A stretch of 63,152 bases of DNA, filler included, from Platydemus manokwari (taxonomy: Eukaryota), in NCBI GenBank assembly GCA_037951405.1. It is 6 parts of 6 records of this genome, joined end to end, with 100 filler letters (N's around TTAATTAATTAA, not from the genome) between each part and the next. Parts side by side here need not be neighbours in the genome. Positions count along the whole stretch, not along the records: positions 1 to 9,509 come from JBBMOY011239097.1; positions 9,610 to 19,431 come from JBBMOY011200322.1; 4 more parts are not named here. One strand, given 5' to 3'. Positions within the stretch are counted from its first letter, which is position 1. The number at the start of each line of letters is the position of its first letter. The notes beneath the pieces are model-generated. The model saw only the letters and a list, made by a program, of their open reading frames with translations, was not told the DNA's origin and did not search any database. Shown piece by piece: positions 1 through 13,099 of this stretch. A program made the position numbers and the translations under genes.

Positions 1-1072
1 TTTGTTAATTATTTTTAAATTGTGGTGAAATAATATTGAAGATAATGTTTATAAAATTGAAATAACTGGAAAAGCAATAATTAAATGATGATGATTATTA
101 TTATATATTCGTTTTGATAATTTAAATAAGATTTTGTAATTACTAATGAAAATAATAAAGTAATAATGATGATAATAATTGATACTAATTCATATGATTT
201 TTCTCGCAATAAATAGATATTGGCGTTAAAACACAAACGTATGGCATGAAGTTATAAATGAAGATATTACCGAGCACATAATATATACAGTCATTCTAAG
301 AAAAGTGCTATAATATCAACATAAACATTCAAATTCGAGGAGAAAAGAAATAGAATAATCTCTGTCATGTGTTTAAACTCCAATATATGCCCAATATTTT
401 ACTTGAATATCCTACAGTAAGAAAGATTTTAATAAATTACTGATCAATATTATAGCTTTTCGTTAATGTCTTATAATCACCATTGATACAATCACTCATT
501 ATAAAATATAGTTGTGCAAAGTGAAGATAATGATGATCATAAAGTTTATTACGTCTGCTGCCTTAATCGAGAACTCATTGCGACAGATTAACATTAAAGT
601 GATAAAAAATAAAATTTAAAATAATTATACAATGAAACATATAAGGGATAATAAATAAGATAAAAAATCATCAATGGAATGTCCACTTCTAAATTACAAT
701 TTAAATAAGCAATTCAAACAACTCAAATCAAAATAAAAAAGTAATGTCAATATCACTTAATGTGAACCAATTTTTATTGATATTTCTATTTCATTTACTT
801 ATTATTTGTGCTTCAGTAAATAATTTTGAAACTCTAATTGCTTTATGAAACAATTCAAATTAAATGAAAATCATGAAAATCACATTGGACAGAATATTTT
901 AATGGAAACGACAAATGATTTTAACAAATAGTCGATTGATCTCAATAAAATTTGTAAAAAAGAATTACATTAATAAATTACATTGGCATTGTTGACTCGT
1001 TGAACAATTTCCGGAATAAAAATAATATAAAATAAAGAATTATAAGGCAGAAAATAAAACTCAATTAATAAA

Positions 1073-2007
1073 ATGTTCGTTAAATCTATAATTGGCGTTT
1101 TAATTCTATCAATTACAATAGAATTTTGCTATGGTCAATGCGGCTGTTCGATGAGAGTTGATTTATTTTTTCGGATGAACGATTTTATTAATAGTTTATA
1201 GGGAATTAAAGTCTCGGATTTTAAGATTGATGATATGATTCTATCTGTGTCAGATGTTCTCAAGATTAATGGAGTGAGTGATTAAAATATGGTTTGAATT
1301 ATCTTTATAATAATATTTCATTTTATAGTTTAAAGCTTCTACTGGTTTAAAATGGCCTAACAGAATTGTTAAATATGCATTCGATCCTTCATATCGTAAT
1401 AATTATATTTAATTTATCATTGATTAATTGATATTGATTTATTTATTAGCTGATAGTAATAAAGGTCCAATAAGAGAATTTTTGAAAATATATACTGGTG
1501 AATTAGGAAACTGTATACAATTTCAAGAAGACAAAAGTGGTGTTTACGCTTCAGTATTTGTGGGAGGTGGTTGTTCAGCAAATGTTGGATACAATGATCG
1601 CGGAGGACTAGGAATAAGTCTGCCGAATCCTTGTATCAATAAGAGAAATGTTAAACACGAATTTACTCACTTGCTTGGATTCATGCATGAACATTCTCGA
1701 CCAGACAGAGACAATCATTTAAATATCAATTATGATAATGTTCTTACACCTAGTTTGTTTTATATGAATTCCTATGCAGTATAAATTTCATTTATATGTT
1801 TTAGCATGCGCGAATTTTTACTTGTGTACAGGATGTACAGTCACCACTCCTTATGATTTCGATAGTATGATGCAATACCCATCGGAATCATTTTCATGCA
1901 ACGGAAAAGATACCATTTTGAAAAAGCAAGGAAATGGAAGAATTGCATTTAACATGGAAGTTTCAAATCATGATAAAAAGAAAGTGAGGGATTATTATAG
2001 TTGTTAA
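1073..2007 (+). CDS. Secreted astacin-family (M12A) zinc metalloprotease, complete, 242 aa, 5 exons: 1073-1156, 1202-1273, 1329-1395, 1450-1752, 1805-2007
   Basis: Exons sum to 729 nt in one frame across four GT-AG introns (45, 55, 54, 52 bp). Hydrophobic signal MFVKSIIGVLILSITIEFCYG, propeptide motif DDMIL, mature-domain LKWPNRIVKY, GGGCSANVG, zinc motif HEFTHLLGFMHEHSRPDRD, Met-turn YDFDSMMQY, ends YYSC*. Confidence 0.95.
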
Positions 2008-3369
2008 TGTTTGATTTGCTAAATATATTGATTGGCATCTTTAATTAGTTATTCACTGATTATTTAAATAAGTTTTATTAACATTTGAAAATGGTTTTTT
2101 CGATTCTGAATTATAGAAATAATGTGAATTCTCTGGCCATATTTATTCCAGGAGTTTTGTTTTAAAATATGATTTAAAGTATTATAGTATACAGATGACA
2201 AATATTTTTGCAAATATTGAGTGGATTCCAGCTTACATAATGAATCTCGCTGTTGTGTTTTTTACTTTTACGGATATACTTTATTCAAATTACTTCTAAT
2301 ATCCATTTACAAGTCGAAAATTTCAAAGTTGATCAATTTTTATAAATATTATTATAGCTTTTTTTTTTCTATATAAAGATCAATTGGAAAGTTCTCAGAA
2401 GAAATCTATATCAAAGTAGAATATAAATCAATATATCCTAAAAGAAAATTTACAACAACTATAAATCGTCTTAAAAAAAATTGATTTATCCATTACAAGT
2501 GAATCTTGTTTTATTAAAATGAGGACTTTCATTGATTTTCTGATAACATATGTGGAATAGATAAGATAAATTAAATGGATTGGATCTAGTCCAAACATTT
2601 TGCAAAATAAATTTAGTTTATCTGTAAAATCGATAATAATCAAAAGTGGTTACTGACATTTACAGGTGCAACCATCGGTAAGCTAATCATTGACCAGCAC
2701 TATAACAGCGCAAACACAGGAGACTTAAAATCAATCTTATAGAGAACAACAGAATCTTATATGAAAGTTAATGTCTATCTGGTTATCAACGATTTAAAAA
2801 ACATTAAATTAAGTGGGAGATGAAAAACAATATTCGAAAATTTTTAAACCAAGAATATTTGTTTTTATTTATATATTCCTAATATTTAGTCTCAATACCA
2901 TTTTAAATTTATTTTCATATTTAAAAATTCTTTTTTGATCTAAAACTTTAAATTTTAGTATTGCTTTCAAACTACAATTTCCATTTTTATGTTTTTCGAT
3001 CAAATTATCTTAGGATTTTTAATTGCTTCAACATGACTAACACCAATACTTGAATGAATAATATTATTGTATTTATATACAATACTTTGTAACAATTGTT
3101 ATTACAACTTTTATTTAAATACAAATTTGTTTATCTATATGATATCCTTCACTAATCATTGTTTATCCTTTGATAATACTTTTTATTAAAACTCTTTCTA
3201 ATTTCGATTAGATATTATTGCTCCTCGTTTCCGTCGTGAATACATAAAGTTTTACCTTTTTAAATGACACTATCCAAAATGATGGCTTCCTGTGCCTTAG
3301 GGGCACTGGTTTTGTAGTTGTCGCTTTTTTAAACTACAAAAGTAATTATTAGCATATTCCTGCATCGAG

Positions 3370-6300
3370 AAATGGTAAGCGTGGTGTTCAGCGCATTCGT
3401 CAGAAGCGAACATAGCTTTTTGATTTGGGGACAGTAAGTTGCCGGCATCAATCCATCCGAGAAGTCTGAGGTTGAGGATCGTGGTGAATATCCGATGTGA
3501 AGTATCCGTAAGCGGGATTAGTCTCCACGACATTATGAGATGAGATAGGTCCTGCTTGCCTGGTTAGCAAATTAGTATTACATTCTTTCCACTGGTTTGG
3601 GATGCTTTTTGTTTTTAGTATTCTGTTGAATAGACATTAGAGGTATAATTGCTGCGGTCTGGCTGTCTCCAATCTTTCTACGTGATCCGGTCATTGCCAG
3701 GTGAGGATTTTGCTAGTTTCGCGAACGTATTTACGATTTCAGTGAGCGAGATCTCTTTGAGGTTCGAGTTTTCCTCATGTTTCGGTATTGGCGGGCAGAG
3801 CTTGTTTTGTAGCGGTTTCAGTTTTGGCTTCGAGTAGTGAGTTATGACGTCTTCGATGTTAGGAGTCGCTGTATGATTGGTTGACGATATAATGAAAGAG
3901 TTTTCTTTGCCTCAGTTTGGGATTGGGTTCCCAGTTTGTAGTCAGAGGATGACTCATCCATTAGATGAAGAACTGATAGTTTGATATTTAGTTCGGAGCA
4001 AATCTGGAAATGTCGATAGTTGAGATAGCAGTTCGAGCAGAAGTGAGCATCTGAGTCAGATCAGCAGCATTTGTTTCATTCATTTTAATTGCTTCTTTTA
4101 GTATTGGGCTCATCGTGGGGCCGGCGTTTTTGTCGGTTTGTGAGGCAATTCTTCAAAATTAGATAGTGTCTGATATTATTTTGTTTATTTCTGTTCGAAG
4201 TTGTGGGAGGACAAGTGTGTGTTAGACTGGTGATTTATTCATTTGGTCCAGTAAATGTTGGATGATGAAGAGACCACAATTGATTGCTTGAAGAGGATGT
4301 TGTCCTTCATAGCGCCAAGGTTCTGGAATAGATTGTCGAGTTTATTCCATAAGCATTTTTGTTCGGCTAACAGAGATTTGGTTGCTGGGTCGATGAAGTG
4401 TGATGACAATTTCAGGCGATCTGCGATGTAGAGGTCCAGTGGTTGTTGTTCCAGTGAATTAGCTAGTAAGCAGTTCCCAAGTGGCAGGTTTCCTGAATGA
4501 GAATGATTCATAGAAAGTTTTGAAGTCATTTTTTAGGATGGCAATTGCTGGTTGGGGTTTTATGAAAATGTTCGCGGAGTGATCTGTGATTTTGTTGTAT
4601 AGGAAAACTTCGATTGCAGAGCTGGTTAGTCATTGTGATTGTATATCCTCATTCGATAGAGGCAAGGCATCTATATCCGTGTCATCTGTCTGTTTGGTTG
4701 CATAAGGAGTGTGACTATCCAAGTGTTATTTGAATCCAGTGGTTGGTCCAATGTATCCGCAGTAGCATTGGAAGGCTAATTCAGTTTTGATGGCGATATT
4801 GTGAGTTTGGTTGAAATCCTTCAGTACTATTGTTGTGTTGGCAAATGAGAAGCGATCAATCTTTGTGCACATATTACATTTTGTTTTTTTGTCATCCGTA
4901 AGGGTCATGTAGGTAGAGGTTTGACTGGCACCAAAAGTGTGTGTTTAGAAAGATATTGCGTTAAATTGATTTGATTTTGGGGTTGGCTAGACATGGGTGG
5001 ATCTGGAATTATTGCCTCGTCCGTGTGAGTAAGATTATCATCTCAGTCGGATTCAGTGTATGGAGAGTCTATCGAGCCAGTCGTGGTTTGAGTTAGAACT
5101 ACATAGTCAATGTCATTAACCATTGTTTCGAAATTAGGTAATGGTTGGGTGGATAGTCTAATTGGTTTGATCCCAGTTACATCGGGTTCTTCGTTGTCTG
5201 GTAGAGAGTTTTGAGTGATTGATAGAGTCTTGCTTGTTGTCGGTTCAGAGGTGAGAATGTTGTTGGAATTGGTCATTTTGATGTGGAAGTATTTGCTGAA
5301 TTTCTTCAATTTCGTAGAGACTTGCTGGATATTTTGTTGGGTTGTTTTGTAGCAAGTCTTGCATTAGCAAATCAAGAGAGCAGAAATATATGAGTTGGTG
5401 AGCAATATCATTAGCAGCCGAGTTTGGATTGGCTTCAGAAGTTCGTTTGTTGGTAGAGTATTGATAGCTTCAGTAGTTATTATTGGACATATGGAGCTGT
5501 TGAAGGCTTGAGTATATGTTTCGCAACCACATTTAATATATTGTAAGCTATTGAACGCCAGTTTTGTTGAGTTTTCTTGGATATTCTTTTGATGGTAGTG
5601 CACTTGGGATTTGGTTGGTTTGTCGAATAACTTGGTGTAGGTCTTGTGACTATGGATACAGTTGCAGGTCAGTGCATCGATTATGAGATTAAGCTTCTTG
5701 TGTTTTCTGTAGTTCTTCAGTGTTTTTGCGCATTTTTTCTTGTTTGGTGAGATCAGGTTATGAGAGAAGTTCTTCTTGTTTTGGTTCACTAATGTCTGGC
5801 AAGAACTACAAAAGCATGTGAGGGATCATATGTAGTTGATTAATCTTGAGAAGGAACTAAGGTTGTCGCCAGTTTTGATGTGTTTGGTGATTTTGCATGT
5901 CTTTGATTTGGCAGATTTGGTGAGGTCCAGCGTGATTTCAGAGTGTCTATTGATGGCATCGTGTATTTTAGGCTTGGTTTTGAACAATGGAGAAGCATTT
6001 AGTGGGTTTTTGGCGTCATCTTCAGACAATTTTGATAGTAGGCTCCATTTGTTAGACAGAATTGTCTGAGTGGCTGTTGGTTTCATATTTCTGTTTTTTC
6101 AGTATTGAGTGGGAGTTGTCCTGATCGTTTTCCAGTAATTGATTTGGCTTGACTCGGAAGATTTTCTGGTTAGGTGAGTTATTAGTTATCCCTTGTCTTT
6201 CGTTGAAGTATTGAAGAGGTTGATCGTTCGATTGATTTTTTGAAATATTGAACAAATTTTCGGAGTCCCGGTTAAAAGTTCGTTCCGCCGGGACGTTATT

Positions 6301-6610
6301 ACTTTTTCCATGTTTTTTCTGAGGAAATCCATTGTTGGAGTCGAATTTTTAGCTAAAAGCTATTATTCTGTTGTCGATTTGCTCGGTGGAGTTGGTCAAA
6401 ACCATAGTTGGTTTTACCGACTTTTCTTGAGCTCGGGTTTCGTTAGAGTAACTCCTTTGATTGAATCTGAGATGATTCAATTCTAGTCTGGTCAGAGTGA
6501 TCCAGATATTCGTAGTGTTGGTTCTCTGAGTTGCTTTCGAGGTCAAACAGTTTTAGCTCTAAATAGTGGAGGTAATTCCGGATTTGCCGAAACTTTTCAA
6601 CAAAATGAGA
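3370..6610 (-). mobile_element. Degenerate non-LTR retrotransposon of the RLE-type (R2/NeSL/Utopia-like) group; 5' part with zinc fingers and RT N-terminus, 3'-truncated
   Basis: Minus-strand RT motifs KSSPGNDRIT*KDW (~3670-3715), LFNRILKTKSIPNQWKE and WRLIPLTDTSHRIFTTILNLRLLGWIDAGNLLSPNQKAMFASDECAEH (~3380-3530). Zinc-finger-like CNMC...H and CYCGYIGPTTGFK*HLDSH (~4710-4880). Uniform strong strand skew over ~3.3 kb, with many stops and frameshifts. Boundaries approximate. Confidence 0.8.
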
Positions 6611-6619
6611 CTGAGTTCA

Positions 6620-7110
6620 TCGGGCATAGTGACCTACTCTGTGACAGGCAAACACGTCACGACGTTTTAGCTTTTACAATTTCAAAGCTACGTGGCCTGG
6701 TTTTTGCAATTATAGCACGTCCTATTATCTATCTTTCTTTCCAAAGGCCTGGGTTTTGGTTGTGATCTGACTTTCGTGGTCCATTCTCCTGTTTTTACCG
6801 TGTTTACTGCTCTTTCTTCATTTCTTACTTCATCTATCTTTTTTATGGTTTTATTCTTATTTGATCCACTTCCTAAATATCCCTCCTTTTAATTTCTTTC
6901 TCTAACTTCACATCATCGGCGCAATCCATCAAGAGGAAAGCAGTTAGGTCCTCTTTAGTTATATTATGAGATAATACGTGCGTGATCGCCATGTTAGTTG
7001 CTAACACTTCTTCATTTTTTATGTTGGATTCTTTTGAGATTGTCGCATTGTTCAACAACACTAGCATTGACTTTGAATAAACACTCGAGCTCCTTTCTGA
7101 CTCGTATAAT
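6620..7110 (-). mobile_element. Gypsy-type LTR retrotransposon gag relic (C-terminal part with two CCHC zinc knuckles)
   Basis: Minus strand reads VLSHNITKEDLTAFLLMDCADDVKLEKEIKRRDI*EVDQI...RTCYNCK/PGHVA/NC...TC/FACHRVGHYAR (/ = frameshift). The helical part aligns by eye with the gag relic at 13100-13560. Confidence 0.7.
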
Positions 7111-9509
7111 TATGTGGAGGTTTTTTTTATTAAATGGATTCATACTTTGTAAATGAAATTCTCCTGAATGACAGCCATTGTTAAATTTATTTAAAAACTT
7201 ATTATTTGTAATTGCTTCTTGTACATCACCACCGATTATCGGCTTCACTGAGCCTCCTCCAATAAATTGAAAACCTCTTAATTTTTTATTTTTATTCGTA
7301 CTCGTACTCGTACTATTCTTATTTTTCAAATGAGATTTGGTTTTTTAATGTTTTGCTTTATTAAATTTAGAAATTTCTTTACTACAAATCTAACATAAAT
7401 ATCTTTTACTGAATTCACCCATTTTTAAATATTAAAAATATCTCCTCTAAATGAGACCGAATAAATTAAAATTTATTGAAGTAAATGAAAAGAGGTTACT
7501 TAAAAATCAGAAAATTCTTACTTTTTGTAAACATATGTGTAACGAATGTAATAAAAATTATGAAGATGATAAACGTCCTTACTGTAAACAAAATTTACAT
7601 GATAAAATCCTTACATTAAATTGTATAAATTAAGAGCTGTCATAATCCATTATTAAATAATTCGAAGTTAATATTTCAAGGCGCCAAAAATTATCTGATG
7701 ATTTTAAAAAAGTTGGAACTTTTGAAATAAACAAAAGAATAGAAAAATTAAAAATTTTGTTTCCTTGAAAGTAAAAATAAATACTGAAGCTGAATCAAAA
7801 CAATTTTCTAAAGTTATGTTAAATCAGGGTATCACCGAATTTGCTAAACCTTTGTTAAAACTCGTTCTACAAAATCAAGAAAAACAATAATTGGCAATTG
7901 AAGAGGGAAATAAAAATTTAAACCCTATTGAATATAAACAGGGTATAGAATTAATAAAATATATAAAAGAAAATGATTCAAAAACAGGATATATTGAACT
8001 AGAAATAGTTATACCAAATTATGAGGGATTATCCTCAAAATTTATTATATCAACATTAATAATAAACAAATTAAATAACAAGGATTTTCGAACTTTGAAC
8101 ATTTATTCAATAAAATTTGTTGTTATAAAATCAGGTGACAAAAATTATTTAACATAAACTGGAGTTGGAATCTAAAATTGTGATTAATTTATTAAACATG
8201 ATTTTAGGAGATAAAAGTAAAAAATTTCACCAACTAAAGAAGTTTATTATAATTTCTTTGAAGACGATGCCGGAGGACAGACAAGGTATGATTTTGTTTA
8301 TAATATTTAAAAAGAAACAGAAAGACAAATATCTGTATATGTCTTATATTGTTTTGATAAAAGATTAAAATTGGATTATATTATTGATCATATGAGGAAT
8401 GAAATCAGTAAGACATGCAATCGGAGATAGCATTTTTTCCTTCTCCAGTCATTAAATTGAGAATTTAAAAAAGTCTATAGTTCATAAGCTTGAAAATAGT
8501 TCAATAAATAATATGAAACATTTTCGAGAAATGATTAATGCTGGAGAACGAATTTGTGACCAAAAATATATTAATGAGGAAGTTGATGGTATAAGTGGTA
8601 ATTTAGAGTTAAAAATTATAGAATGACAAACTTGGGTGATCCAAAACATGAGACAGATACTGTTAATAAGAAATATCTTGAATGTAAGATCTGAGTTAAT
8701 TAGAAATAACAAACAGAGCATTGATAAAGTTGATTCTTTATTTAAATCGATAATTACAATGATAAATGATAATAAAATAATAAATGAAAATAAGTAAAGT
8801 TGATCTCAGAAAAATTTAAAATTCATACAAGGAAAAAAGAGAATGTATGGAGATGATGAAGATAAAATTGAGTGTTTTATATGGATTGAAATTAGACGAA
8901 AAATAGAAAAGTCTTCTTAAAAATAGTAAAGATATCAAAAAATTAACAAAAGCTATCAGTGAGCTACGAAAACCAAGTGATGTTTAAATCATTGATAAAG
9001 ATATGAGTAAACGAAGATATGTGTTTAAAGAAGTAGGGGAAAAATATATGGAAATAAAGATATGTTTTTATTGATGATACACCTAAAAATTTTGAAAAAT
9101 ATATTAGGCTAGGTAATAAATTATATCCTGAAAAATGGTTTTGCTTTTGAGAATATTATAATAGTAAAAAAAATAGTATTGAAGTCGGTGGTGATTTTAC
9201 CTTTGAGTCTAAAATCCCTAAAACACGAGGGGGACTTACATATGAGAAATTTAGTTTTGTATTTCTTGTTCAATATGTTGATGGAAGAGGAAGTTGTATT
9301 GGATCAAAAGATGGAACTATTTTCTTGGAGAATAATCATGGAACAGTGTATATATGTACTGGTAAATGCTTTTTTCATCATTTGAGAAAGAAATGGGATT
9401 TAATGACTACTAAAGCTAGATTAATTTATGAATTCAATAAATCATTAAATAATGGAAAGTATTCTATTCACTTAAATAATATATTACTTAAAGAATTAGA
9501 TAAATCATA
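7110..9509. mobile_element. Possible Maverick/Polinton (adintovirus-like) remnant: intronless, very A-rich, decayed ORFs
   Basis: Divergent intronless ORF fragments with in-frame stops. Minus strand 7110-7329 contains GGDVQEAI...GEFHL, resembling the start of Polinton/adintovirus PLA2-like ORFs. Plus-strand K/E/N/I-rich frames run 7451-9509. No pPolB, integrase or capsid motif was seen. Confidence 0.35.
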
Positions 9510-9609
9510 NNNNNNNNNNNNNNNNNNNNNNNNNNNNNNNNNNNNNNNNNNNNTTAATTAATTAANNNNNNNNNNNNNNNNNNNNNNNNNNNNNNNNNNN
9601 NNNNNNNNN
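9510..9609. other. Artificial contig linker
   Basis: 44 N + TTAATTAATTAA (stops in all six frames) + 44 N. Confidence 0.98.
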
Positions 9610-9999
9610 GACGGACTTTATTTTGAGGGATAGTTGTTGTTTTAAATAAATTTATGTACAACAAATTTTTATTTCCAATTTTGTCCTCGAACTTTATTTA
9701 CAACCTAATATTTTTCAATTGATTGTTATCGCTTCTCATGCCTGCGTTTCTTTGAATTTTCTATTTATTTCATAATAATAATTATTTTTTCTGTTCTCGC
9801 TACTATTTTACATTTTCTTGTTTCACTATTTTTAAGATTGTTACAATTTTTTGTTTATAAATCTAATAATATTTTATTTTATTCGTGCCACACACGAATT
9901 AAATTAAAATAATGAAAAAATTGAATAATATTTAAATCGATATGAAATAAATAATCGAAGTCTTAAATCGAAGCCTAAAGTTTTACAAAGTAAAAAAAC

Positions 10000-11400
10000 T
10001 AATATTTATTACACATAAACAAGTTCTTCTTCAGGCGATGGAATATCCCTCACTTCTGTTTAGTTTACTTTTTACTGTTGTTCCTAATAATTGTTTTAGA
10101 AATGCTTCTACAATACATGGTTGACTGCAGCACTGAATGTCAAGACTTAACATTGATTTTTTTTTGGTTTTTTGAATTTTTTGTTGATGAGAGTTAATGA
10201 AGTAGACTGTTACGAGAAGTTTTATTTACGAATATGTTGGACGAATTCACAATTTTTGGGATCTGGAATTGTGTTGGAGGGACTTAATTGATTAATTTGT
10301 TGAGTGTGATTGAATGTGATCTATCGTCAGGACATAGATAATTGAACTGAATCAAATATAGATTTATAGACCTCCGATGACAGTCTCATCTGCTTGAGCA
10401 TCTGGAGAAAGAGATTACTTATTCCGGTGATCCCACTTTTGATATGTTTGCATTACTCTCAGAAAGTGTAGTGTTTGTCGGCGAATTTTTTTCGGTAGGA
10501 TGTAAATTTTTGAGCGGTTGATGTTTTTCATAGGGATGTCATTGAATGGAAAGTTGTTGGATGTGGTTGAAATTTATGTTCTTTTGATGGATTGTTTTAG
10601 TGTTTTCCGACAATCATCTCAAACATTCATCAGTTCACAATTGTCATGTTTTGGATTTGTGCTCTATAAAAATCTTAGATTAAGCTCAACTATACAATGC
10701 AATGACATCCCGGCAATCCCAACTTAAAGAAAAGATACCCACACACTGCCAAGCCTAACCAAAAGTCTAAGCACAGAAGCTTATTTCGATGTGCAATCAA
10801 GTAGTCTTTGAAAATCTTCGATGAATCACAACAATAATATACAATGGCATCCCGGCAATTACAACTTTCAGAAAAGATCAGGACAAAACTGTTCACAATT
10901 TGCACACATGACCAAATCAATCCATCACAACCAACTTGCTTCAGTTTGCTCATTCATTGTCCGCACCAGTCTTATCATCAACTCATCCGCACTAAAAAAA
11001 ATCAGAAAATCAAAAACTTCGCAGGCTAGTCTCAATGTTCGGTGATGCCTTTTCCAATGGAATGAGATAGATTTCCAGCCCAATATAGTTATTACAGCAA
11101 AAGTGAAATTAATTAATTTATGAAGTCGAGATGATGGCTTTTTCCCCAGTCGTGAAGACCTGGTTTATGCTAAATAAATATTGAAATTTTTATATACAGC
11201 ATTAATTTCTTATTATATAGATGCAATATAGGAGTCATTATAATTATTTTTGGGAATCATATACCTTAACTCAGCTATATTCAGGGTTTAGCAACAGGCC
11301 AATGACGAGAACGATGACAAACATCACATACATGCTCCTCGATTTTAGACTTTCTTGTGATTTTATAATCCAACATATATTCTAGTACTTATTAATGTTT
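10000..11400 (-). pseudogene. Possible decayed multi-exon gene for a secreted or membrane, Cys- and Ser/Thr-rich protein
   Basis: Signal-like MYVMFVIVLVIGLLLNPEYS* before a GT donor (~11264), Cys-rich frames at 10690-10950 and S/T/N-rich frames at 10100-10670. Multiple stops and frameshifts; no family recognised. Confidence 0.25.
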
Positions 11401-11532
11401 GTTGAAAACCTAAAATAGTACCTATCCTGAAATGAGTGCAGGCAAAAAAATAAGCATTAAAAAATATGCTTCGAAAATCGAATATTTTGTAAAATAAATA
11501 GAGTAAGCTTTTTTATTTTGTTCTGAAAAATC

Positions 11533-11814
11533 TGTTAGAAATTGATTAAGTTAATGTTGAACCGAAGAATGTATTACTTGTGGAAATGGCGTGGTTGCAA
11601 TAAATTTAATGGTCTGAGTTGTGGACTTGAGCAAATAGTGTGATAGCCTATAAATATATGTAGCGGTCGAGCGGAATAACGGCCAATTCAACAAAGAATT
11701 GCAGACTTGCAGAATAATATGAAGAGTTTGACTTAAAAAAATATGGTTATTGAAATAAATCAGAAAGGTTAATTAAATACCTCAGGCCGAATAATACTAA
11801 TAAATAGGGTAACA
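11533..11814 (+). mobile_element. LTR-like segment
   Basis: TGTTA...TAACA termini, internal TATAAATA and AATAAA; no target-site duplication visible. Confidence 0.25.
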
Positions 11815-12049
11815 GTCATAGTAAATATACATGTATATTTTAAAACCTGTGTTAATCAATCGAGCATTGAAAAGCAATCACAAGGCTATTAGAGTGTACG
11901 TTTAATCAAATTTTGTATCGGCCTATATGAGTTAAATAGAATTAATAATTATGAATTATCGACTAAAATATTAAATTAAAATAAATCAATGAGGCAAATA
12001 AACAATAGAATTATATCGTGAATATATTAGTACACTTGGTGATGATGAA

Positions 12050-12660
12050 TTTACAGAAGAATCAAGTGATTTATGTGCTATAGACAAAAGCTACAACTGA
12101 TGTCGACAAACAACCGAGTACCCGTTACCTTTTAAAAAATAAGAGGATATATGTGAAGATCTCTCAATATTGGACGAATCTATTCTGTTTAACAAAAGAT
12201 AATCCACTTTGCTGGATCGTCTTGATTTTTGGAGAAATTAAATGAAATGGGCTCTGAATTTCGAATTTATTTAAAATCGTAAATAATATCTGATGTGAAT
12301 CATCTTGACGATTGATCTTTTTACTGGTGCAGTTAAATTTATGTGAAAGAGTACCAGTGTGAAAACGTGAAAAATTTGTCCAGTATCTTGCAGGAATTTG
12401 TCTCGGAAATCTTTTCCAGTTATTTTTGTGCTTAGAAACTTGTGCGAAAGTTTTTCATGGTTAATCCTAGCAGGTAATTTTTGTTTATTCAAACCGACTC
12501 AATCATTTACGTGTCTGTTATTGTTAGATACAAAGCTCTTTTGTCTCTAGGCTTTGTTTTGATTTTGATATGGCAGAGCAGTACCATTGCTTGGGCAAAG
12601 GATTTTGACTCCTGGATTTTCATATCTTGTCCCTTTATGACTTTTTCATGTGTCATGATT
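12050..12660 (-). mobile_element. Possible Tc1/mariner transposase relic
   Basis: KITGKDFRDKFLQDTGQIFHVFT resembles the second Tc1 HTH segment (TAKDL..L...G..VS.ST), followed by GLSFVKQN (RLxFAxxH-like). Heavily degraded. Confidence 0.3.
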
Positions 12661-13099
12661 GAGACAATGCTCAATAAAACTTCAAAGACTACCCTAGATT
12701 AAGGAATTCATTCGGATGCGAAAAGGTTTTCAAAATCTATCTTTATTATATTTTTATTATTTATTTTATATTTTTATATTTCATATCATTGGGGTACTCC
12801 ATAAATCTCTATATAAATCAATATGCTAATGGGACCTTTATCTTGTTAATATGGTTCTTTTTAAACATGATGTAATTTTGAAGAAAAATATTGATTTGAT
12901 GAAAGATGTTTAATCTAGAAATAATATTTCTATGGTGTGTGTGTATATTTGTTTTATTGCATGTTGATTAGTAATTGCTCAATTGTCACGATCCAATTAA
13001 CCTGCAAGATTGTATTACATCATCAGAAATAAGATGATGTTTATAACATCGTAATTGTGTTAAATAAATCATTTCTATATTAAAAGTCTTATAATTAAC

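Noticed and set aside
9881-9899. ATTCGTG-ccaca-CACGAAT hairpin as a Helitron 3' end
   Set aside because: No CTRR terminus downstream.
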